Virus record (IMG/VR): IMGVR_UViG_3300029780_000130
Span: 1 to 6,282 of that record
Source: a virus
Reading direction: 5' to 3' (one strand)
DNA: 6,282 bases
Below the pieces are notes generated by a model. The model saw nothing but the letters and a program-made list of their open reading frames with translations, ran no database searches and had not been told where the DNA came from. Shown here piece by piece: positions 1-5,230 of this stretch. A program made the translations under genes and the position numbers. The stretch's first letter is position 1. Every line of letters begins with the position of its first letter.

Positions 1-80
1 GAGGACCAAACACTGAACGAACGTATAAACATGGGGCTTGAATTTGGAGAGAACATCGTTGAATTATTATTATCGCTAAG
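1..80. repeat. Terminal direct repeat, identical to 6203..6282. It is an artefact of linearising a circular 6202-nt genome, not a biological repeat.
   Basis: Read directly from the sequence: 1..80 (gaggaccaaacactgaacgaacgtataaacatggggcttgaatttggagagaacatcgttgaattattattatcgctaag) is identical to 6203..6282. Confidence 0.95.
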
Positions 81-174
81 AAAAAAGAGTGGCAAGAAAT
101 CGAAAACAGTAACAGATACATGGAAAGAAAAAGGTAGAAGTCATTCTGAAACATCATACGAAGAATATCATTAA
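1..174 (+). CDS. 3' end of the VP2 (minor capsid/DNA pilot) CDS, continuing around the circle from 5231..6202. 1..80 duplicates 6203..6282, 81..171 is unique C-terminal coding sequence, and the stop TAA is at 172..174.
   Basis: Frame 1 from position 1 is open (EDQTLNERINMGLEFGENIVELLLSLRKKSGKKSKTVTDTWKEKGRSHSETSYEEYH*). It is in phase with the ORF beginning at 5231. The stop lies 1 nt before the Rep ATG at 176. Confidence 0.8.
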   Translation, partial: EDQTLNERINMGLEFGENIVELLLSLRKKSGKKSKTVTDTWKEKGRSHSETSYEEYH

Positions 175-175
175 T

Positions 176-1273
176 ATGTGTTTATATCCTAAATTTATAA
201 AAAATCCGAAATATAAGCCTAACAAAAAAAATAAAGGCAAACCTCCTGTCTGCAAAGATAGGAGGTTGTATTACATTCCCACAAAGTGTGGATGTTGTAT
301 TGAGTGTCGTAAAGAAAAACAACGAGAATGGAGAGTGCGATTAGAAGAAGAGTTACGCTCGAATTTTGGGTATTTCACTACATTAACGGTAGCGCCAGAA
401 AGTATAAAAGAATTAGAAATAGATACGGGGCTAAAATGGAAAGAAAACCCAAACGAGATAGCAACAAGGGCATTAAGGTTATTTTTAGAACGAGCGAGAA
501 AAGATACTGGGAAAAGCATAAGACATTGGTGCGTTACAGAATTAGGAGAAGAGGGAGACAGGATTCACCTGCACGGAATATTCTTTGGACAAAAAAGCGC
601 AGAGCTTGTACGAAAACACTGGAAATACGGTTTTGTCTTTATAGGGCATACCTGTAATAGCAGAAGTGTAAATTACATGACAAAATACATGTTAAAGGTG
701 GATGTCAAACATAAAACATTCAAACAAATCGTATTAGCTAGTAAAGGAATAGGAAACGGGTATTTCGACAGGCTTGATTTCCTCTGGCAAAAACAAAATT
801 ACAAACAAATCAATGTAGCTACCTATACATTCCGGAATGGTACTAAAATGGCCATGCCAAAATACTATAAAAACAAGTTATTCACAGATAAAGAGCGTGA
901 AAAAATGTGGATAAATAACTTAAACAGGGGAATACTATGGATATTCGGAGAGAAAGTGAAAGCTGATGACTGGAAAACGATAGACAACCTCAGAACGTAC
1001 TGGCAGAAGTATGGACGTGATGTAATGGGCGATGACCCAATAGCATGGAATGCGATGAAAGAGAGGCGAAAGGAAGAGAAACAACGCAAAGCTATCGCAG
1101 AGGCTAAGAAATTAGCCGAAAAATTCGGCACGGAAATTCTAGCGGAAGCTCCGTTACAGGACGAATTTCCTATGCAACAGAATGACTGGGATGAAATTGT
1201 GTACAGGTATTGGGACGAAAATAAGGAATACATGATAGAAAGGCATTGTAGGGTGCTGGGCATTAGCGCGTAA
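176..1273 (+). CDS. Rolling-circle replication initiation protein of superfamily I (Microviridae VP4, phiX174 gpA-like), 365 aa.
   Basis: RCR motif I FTTLT (aa 67-71, nt 374..388). HUH motif IHLHGIFF (H131/H133, nt 566..574). A double catalytic tyrosine motif Y-MTK-Y-MLK (Y167/Y171, nt 674..688) closely matches phiX A FYVAKYVNK. The N-terminal Cys cluster C26..C38-G-C40-C41-x2-C44 is the kind of zinc-finger-like element seen in gokushovirus VP4, though that attribution is from memory and not certain. The C-terminus is K/E-rich. Confidence 0.9.
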   Translation: MCLYPKFIKNPKYKPNKKNKGKPPVCKDRRLYYIPTKCGCCIECRKEKQREWRVRLEEELRSNFGYFTTLTVAPESIKELEIDTGLKWKENPNEIATRALRLFLERARKDTGKSIRHWCVTELGEEGDRIHLHGIFFGQKSAELVRKHWKYGFVFIGHTCNSRSVNYMTKYMLKVDVKHKTFKQIVLASKGIGNGYFDRLDFLWQKQNYKQINVATYTFRNGTKMAMPKYYKNKLFTDKEREKMWINNLNRGILWIFGEKVKADDWKTIDNLRTYWQKYGRDVMGDDPIAWNAMKERRKEEKQRKAIAEAKKLAEKFGTEILAEAPLQDEFPMQQNDWDEIVYRYWDENKEYMIERHCRVLGISA

Positions 1274-1318
1274 GGTTCGTTTTGACACTACACCTATTGC
1301 GTATTCACGCAAAAGTGA

Positions 1319-1329
1319 GTTTTCAAAAC
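1319..1329. promoter_or_regulatory. Perfect 11-bp palindrome GTTTTCAAAAC in the intergenic region downstream of Rep. It is a candidate protein-binding site.
   Basis: Read from the sequence. It is its own reverse complement around a central C. Confidence 0.3.
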
Positions 1330-1339
1330 GATTGTGCAG

Positions 1340-1530
1340 AAAGCCAGAATTAGCTGACCATCAGAATACTACCAGCGGCAGAATTAGCGGCACAGATAGC
1401 TCGCTTCGCTCGGGGTGTTTAAGGCGGAAAGTCCTTCGTCCTTTCCTTGTCGCTTCGCTCCTTTTTGTACGCTCACTGACGCGGAGCTTGTTCGCTGTAA
1501 GCCTTGCAGGCTTGCGCGCAATACTATCAG
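1340..1530. other. GC-rich (~55% GC against a ~37% background) non-coding island containing three pairs of short direct repeats: CAGAATTAGC at 1345-1354 and 1379-1388; AGCGGCA at 1374-1380 and 1386-1392; TCGCTTCGCTC at 1401-1411 and 1450-1460. A 6-bp-stem hairpin lies at 1499-1513.
   Basis: The compositional shift is visible by eye. Both strands are open here (track ORFs 1332..1562 + and 1361..1555 -), as expected for GC-rich sequence lacking AT-rich stop codons. The + strand ORF starts with TTG. No convincing protein-like sequence is present. Confidence 0.6.
1499..1513. other. Small hairpin AAGCCT-tgc-AGGCTT with a 6-bp stem and 3-nt loop, followed by GCGCGC.
   Basis: Inverted repeat read from the sequence. 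Confidence 0.35.
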
Positions 1531-1546
1531 CGAGTGTTAAAGACGG

Positions 1547-1589
1547 TATTTGCATATGTTAAAATGGGATATTTGCTTGCAAAATGGGA
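1547..1589 (+). promoter_or_regulatory. Two tandem imperfect direct repeats (TATTTGCatatgttAAAATGGGA and TATTTGCttgcAAAATGGGA) 44-86 nt upstream of the first small ORF. They are candidate operator/iteron or promoter elements. The first unit contains a dif XerD-arm-like motif ATATGTTAAAAT (1554-1565).
   Basis: Repeats read from the sequence. AAAATGGGAT recurs at 1561-1570 and 1581-1590 with a 20-bp period. A Bacteroidetes-type -7-like element TAtcTTTa lies at 1600-1607 and a TTTG at 1572-1575, but the 24-nt spacing is longer than canonical, so the promoter call is weak. Confidence 0.35.
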
Positions 1590-1632
1590 TTTTTAACAGT
1601 ATCTTTACACTGTAATCAAAAAAAGCAAGGTC

Positions 1633-1950
1633 ATGAAAAAAGAATTTAACGTAATGCTCATAGCGTTAGAGCAAAAAGAGAACTATTTAGATATTCGCTT
1701 TTTCAAAACAATGGATAGCGCATATAAGTTCGGAAAAGAATTAAAGGACTATAATGAGAATTTTACAGTATTGGGGATATTTAATGTGAAAAAAAGTAGC
1801 AATCATAGCTGGAAAGTGTTAATTTATGATAAAATATTAAATATAAAACACCAGGTATTTGTAAATTCAAAAAAAGAGTGTAAAATTGTAACAAGAATAT
1901 TTCTTGAATATGAAAATAAATACAACATAACCTTTAAAAAGAGATATTAA
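1633..1950 (+). CDS. Hypothetical protein, 105 aa, lysine-rich and basic.
   Basis: ATG start in an A-rich context. Same strand as all core genes. The stop is 1 nt before the next ORF's ATG. No recognisable motif. Confidence 0.5.
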   Translation: MKKEFNVMLIALEQKENYLDIRFFKTMDSAYKFGKELKDYNENFTVLGIFNVKKSSNHSWKVLIYDKILNIKHQVFVNSKKECKIVTRIFLEYENKYNITFKKRY

Positions 1951-1951
1951 T

Positions 1952-2170
1952 ATGAAAGAAGAAATCAAACAATTCTTAAAAGAAAATTGGAAAACAGTAG
2001 CAGGTATCATAGGTGCGGCTGTATTATTAGCAATATCCTATATATTTGAAAGCTGTGGAAGTACCTGGCGAATATCAGGAAATACGGTAAACGTGAACAA
2101 CAAATGCAAAAATGACTCAATTACACATCACAATGATACCATCGATTACGAAGTACGGCAAATTCCGTAA
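1952..2170 (+). CDS. Small membrane protein, 72 aa. It has a charged N-terminus (MKEEIKQFLKENWK), one predicted TM helix (TVAGIIGAAVLLAISYIF) and a polar ~40-aa C-terminal tail.
   Basis: The hydrophobic stretch is obvious in the translation. The ORF is tightly packed between neighbours (ATG at 1952 directly after the upstream stop at 1948-1950). Confidence 0.5.
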   Translation: MKEEIKQFLKENWKTVAGIIGAAVLLAISYIFESCGSTWRISGNTVNVNNKCKNDSITHHNDTIDYEVRQIP

Positions 2171-2390
2171 AAAAGAATGGGTAAAGTCAGCCAAGATACC
2201 CTTCGAAGCATTCAGTGAGGGCGTGTATTGCCTTATGTGGGAAGGGTTTGATTACGACACAGGAAATTGCTTAAAGGGTTTCCGCGTAGTTATGAATTGC
2301 TGTTTATTCAAAGAAGCAGAACGCCTTGAAGACGAGTTACGTAAAAACAAAATTATATTAACAAAAATTGAAGCAATTAAAAACATTTAA
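2112..2390 (+). CDS. Hypothetical protein, 92 aa, with four Cys (C40, C53, C62, C63). It overlaps the 3' end of the preceding ORF by 59 nt in another frame. An alternative start at M8 (2133) is possible.
   Basis: ATG-initiated ORF on the coding strand. Its stop at 2388-2390 is followed 2 nt later by the next ATG. The overlap makes the exact start uncertain. Confidence 0.4.
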   Translation: MTQLHITMIPSITKYGKFRKKEWVKSAKIPFEAFSEGVYCLMWEGFDYDTGNCLKGFRVVMNCCLFKEAERLEDELRKNKIILTKIEAIKNI

Positions 2391-2392
2391 TC

Positions 2393-2647
2393 ATGAATTT
2401 CGAAGAATCATTAAAATGGGCAATCAGCCAAGATGTGGTAAAAATATCTTGCGTTAAAGATGGAGAAGATGACAAATACATTTTCACAGTAGGACAGTAT
2501 AGTGTATCTCCGCTTATATTTGACAGTCAAGAAGAAGCAGAACAGTATCTCAGAGACAATGTCAAACTAACAAATTTAGATTTCGCAATTATCGGAGCGA
2601 TGTGTCAAAGGCTTAACGAAATCAATAATGAATCACCTAAAAAATAA
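2393..2647 (+). CDS. Hypothetical protein, 84 aa, acidic.
   Basis: ATG-initiated, same strand. It ends 6 nt before the VP1 ATG. No recognisable motif. Confidence 0.5.
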   Translation: MNFEESLKWAISQDVVKISCVKDGEDDKYIFTVGQYSVSPLIFDSQEEAEQYLRDNVKLTNLDFAIIGAMCQRLNEINNESPKK

Positions 2648-2653
2648 AAAACA

Positions 2654-4735
2654 ATGAAAGTAAGTATTGGAAAGAACACCCTCGGCGGGGGTAAAAAAAT
2701 GACGACACGGTTAAATAACTATAACCGTAGTACACACGACCTTAGCCATGTCTGCAGAACATCGGCTGCTGTAGGAACTCTAATTCCCACATTCTATCAA
2801 TTAGTATTACCAGGAGATACATTTCCTATACAAACTAGGTGTCACACTCTAACTCACCCAACTATTGGTCCATTATTCGGCAGTTTTAAACAGCAAAACG
2901 ACTTCTTTTTCTGTCCTATCAGGCTGTATAATGCTATGCTACATAATAATGCATTAAATATAGGATTAAATATAAAACAAGTAAAATTTCCTATATATCC
3001 AATACCTTATGGACAATACACCAATAAAGAAAAAATGAAAGGAAGTAATGACTCTCTACTCAATGAAGTTAATCCGAGCTCACTAGTCGCGTATACAGGA
3101 GTAAGAGCCCTATCAACCTTAGAAGGTTATGGTAGAACACAAAAAAATTACAACTGCATTAAATTAATGATGTATTACGACATCTTTAAAAATTATTATG
3201 CAAACAAACAAGAAAAAAATTTTTATGTAATATCTGGAAATACCTATTACACGTACAAACAAATAGCTAGTTCACTTAAAAATGGTGAGGTATGTTTAAC
3301 AATTGCAAACAGTGCCAATTCTCAAAACTCATGGAAAATTGTTGCCACAGGTCTACCGAATACAAAAGGGAGCACAGGTGATTATCCCAAAACTAACACT
3401 AACCACCAGGCATGGGTATTAGCAATAAATCCATACACCCAAGACTCGAAAATAGGACAAGTTGAAGTAAAAATAAATTTTAATACAGGGTGGTTAACCG
3501 AAACAGGAGGCAATGTAGGAGGTTTAAAAACTATTAATATTTATGGAACAATAAACAACCTTGTAGAAAATAAAATTCTAACAAATATTACAGGAAAAGT
3601 TGAAGCTCCTATTGAAGGAATAGAATATTACAAAATAAATGTAACTACATTCCTACCAAAAGAACAAACCCTTAAAACATACTTTTACGTGAACGAACCA
3701 ACTATGGCGGTAAGCGTAGAAGCAAGATATAATAGCTATCGATTAGATACAATTGACGATATGAGAGAGAGTGTACTCACAGCAGGAAAGACTCAATACA
3801 TATCACAAGAACCGTTCATAATTGATATCTTCAAACCTATACAAACAGAAAATGGTCTAGCACCAAGTTGTTCACAGCCATTGGTAGGTCTTGCACTTAA
3901 AACATATCAAAGCGATATTAATACCAACTGGGTCAACACCGAATGGATAGATGGGGAGACAGGTATTAATGCCATTACAGCTATCGATACAAGTTCCGGA
4001 AGCTTTACACTCGATACCTTAAATCTTGCGAAAAAAGTATATACCATGCTTAACAGAATTGCCGTAAGCGATGGAAGTTATAATGCATGGATACAAACAG
4101 TATACACAAGTGGAGGGTTAAATCATATAGAAACACCTATATATCTCGGAGGTAGCTCCCTCGAAATTGAATTTCAAGAAGTTGTAAACAACAGCGGAAG
4201 CGAAGAACAGCCATTAGGAACATTAGCCGGTAGAGGTATTGCAAGTAATCACAAGGGAGGAAATATTATATTCAAAGCAGATGAACCCGGATACATATTT
4301 TGTATCACCTCTCTCACTCCAAGAGTAGATTATTTTCAAGGTAACGAATGGGACAATTATTTATTGACACTAGACGATTTGCATAAACCACAACTTGACG
4401 GTATAGGCTTTCAAGACAGATTGTACCGAAGCGTAAATGCAAATATACCTTACGCAATGTCGAGTAAATCAATCGGTAAACAACCTGCATGGATTGAATA
4501 CATGACAAACGTTAATAAAACATACGGAAATTTCGCACTTATCGAAAACGAAGGTTGGATGTGTTTAAATAGAATATTCGGAGAAATAGATACCTATACA
4601 ACTTATGTATTTCCACACCTCTACAACAACATCTTCGCCGATACAGATATAACTGCCCAAAATTTTTGGATTCAAATAGCGTTTAATACAAAACCAAGAC
4701 GCGTTATGTCAGCAAAAGTTATTCCTAACATTTAA
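2654..4735 (+). CDS. Major capsid protein (Microviridae VP1, phiX174 F-like), 693 aa. An alternative start at M16 (nt 2699) would give an N-terminus MTTRLNNYNRSTHDLSH more typical of VP1.
   Basis: The N-terminal signature NRSTHDLSH...VGTLIPTFYQLVLPGDTF matches the conserved gokushovirus/alpavirus VP1 N-terminus (R-x-x-FDLSH ... LIP ... EVLPGDTF). Its size is in the gokushovirus/Alpavirinae VP1 range. It is the largest ORF in the genome. Confidence 0.93.
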   Translation: MKVSIGKNTLGGGKKMTTRLNNYNRSTHDLSHVCRTSAAVGTLIPTFYQLVLPGDTFPIQTRCHTLTHPTIGPLFGSFKQQNDFFFCPIRLYNAMLHNNALNIGLNIKQVKFPIYPIPYGQYTNKEKMKGSNDSLLNEVNPSSLVAYTGVRALSTLEGYGRTQKNYNCIKLMMYYDIFKNYYANKQEKNFYVISGNTYYTYKQIASSLKNGEVCLTIANSANSQNSWKIVATGLPNTKGSTGDYPKTNTNHQAWVLAINPYTQDSKIGQVEVKINFNTGWLTETGGNVGGLKTINIYGTINNLVENKILTNITGKVEAPIEGIEYYKINVTTFLPKEQTLKTYFYVNEPTMAVSVEARYNSYRLDTIDDMRESVLTAGKTQYISQEPFIIDIFKPIQTENGLAPSCSQPLVGLALKTYQSDINTNWVNTEWIDGETGINAITAIDTSSGSFTLDTLNLAKKVYTMLNRIAVSDGSYNAWIQTVYTSGGLNHIETPIYLGGSSLEIEFQEVVNNSGSEEQPLGTLAGRGIASNHKGGNIIFKADEPGYIFCITSLTPRVDYFQGNEWDNYLLTLDDLHKPQLDGIGFQDRLYRSVNANIPYAMSSKSIGKQPAWIEYMTNVNKTYGNFALIENEGWMCLNRIFGEIDTYTTYVFPHLYNNIFADTDITAQNFWIQIAFNTKPRRVMSAKVIPNI

Positions 4736-4746
4736 AACTTATAATC

Positions 4747-5082
4747 ATGATTAAACCAAAATTATATTCAAGACCGCCGATAACAAACTACGAATACCAA
4801 GAAGGAGAAAGTATTGAAAATAAAGTTCGTAGAATTACCGAAAACAACGAACCTATCACAGACGGGGCACCAATCATCTACACAAACAGAGATGACGGAG
4901 TATTACCGGCTTACAACATCAGAACTGACCGTTGGGAAATAGCACAACAGGCAATGGAAGCAGTCAACCAGGCTAACCTAGCCAAATCAAAAAACTACGG
5001 AAAAATAGAACAACAGGAACAGAATGCCCTCGAATCAAAGGAGATTGGAGATACTCCTTCGCAACAGGATTCGGTGGGATAA
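4747..5082 (+). CDS. Hypothetical acidic protein, 111 aa, located between VP1 and VP2. It may be a scaffolding (VP3-like) analogue, but there is no sequence support for that.
   Basis: ATG 11 nt after the VP1 stop, on the same strand. Its Q/E-rich C-terminal half is followed by a hairpin plus T-run. Confidence 0.55.
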   Translation: MIKPKLYSRPPITNYEYQEGESIENKVRRITENNEPITDGAPIIYTNRDDGVLPAYNIRTDRWEIAQQAMEAVNQANLAKSKNYGKIEQQEQNALESKEIGDTPSQQDSVG

Positions 5083-5101
5083 ACCACACATCTAAAAGGC
5101 T

Positions 5102-5138
5102 GGGAGTCAGAGAGTTATTCTCTACTCCCTCCATTTTT
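5102..5138 (+). terminator. Candidate rho-independent terminator. It is an imperfect ~11-bp stem (GGGAGTcAGAGAG / TCTCTACTCCC, with one bulge) with a TTAT loop, followed by TTTTT at 5134-5138.
   Basis: The inverted repeat and downstream T5 run are read from the sequence, 20 nt after the stop of the 111-aa ORF. Confidence 0.4.
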
Positions 5139-5185
5139 CACAAAATGGTACGCATGTAGCATATATTATCTAGTAATAGGTGTAC

Positions 5186-5205
5186 CCCTTGTGAAATTAC
5201 AAGGG
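5186..5205. promoter_or_regulatory. Perfect hairpin CCCTTGT-gaaatt-ACAAGGG (7-bp stem, 6-nt loop) 26 nt upstream of the VP2 start codon.
   Basis: Read from the sequence. It lies in the 148-nt VP1-module/VP2 intergenic region, which also holds an AT-rich stretch (catgtagcatatattatctagtaatagg). Confidence 0.4.
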
Positions 5206-5230
5206 CGAAAAATTAAACAAACAAAACAAT

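Noticed and set aside
1-80. Terminal repeats as LTR/IS-type ends of a mobile element.
   Set aside because: They are direct, identical 80-mers at the exact window ends, and the VP2 reading frame is continuous across them. The simplest explanation is a circular genome written with overlap.
160-185. AT-rich motif ATATCATTAATATG at the VP2-stop/Rep-start junction, resembling the phiX174 origin core (TTGATATTAATAAC).
   Set aside because: The similarity is limited to a generic AT-rich ATTAATA string. Its position (a gene junction rather than inside the Rep gene) and its low complexity make chance the most likely explanation. It may be worth testing only if nicking assays on the intergenic regions fail.
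328-657. 109-aa + strand ORF in an alternate frame inside Rep.
   Set aside because: It is embedded in the conserved catalytic region of Rep (motifs I-III). It is an R/K-rich frame-shift artefact of the A/G-rich Rep coding sequence and has no independent support.
1391-1420. Possible tRNA in the GC-rich island (the TAGCTCGCTTCGCTCGGGG region resembles a D-arm).
   Set aside because: The two GCTC elements are direct, not inverted, so no D-stem can form. No T-loop (GTTCRANYC) or acceptor-stem pairing is present.
1401-1460. CRISPR-like repeat (TCGCTTCGCTC x2).
   Set aside because: There are only two 11-bp copies, which is far too short and too few for a CRISPR array. Treated as short direct repeats within the intergenic island.
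1332-1562. 76-aa + strand ORF and an overlapping 64-aa - strand ORF (1361..1555) in the Rep-downstream intergenic region.
   Set aside because: Both are open only because this ~190-nt island is GC-rich and therefore poor in stop codons. The + ORF starts with TTG. The translations are Arg/Ser/Leu-rich low-complexity strings typical of non-coding GC-rich DNA. Treated as non-coding.
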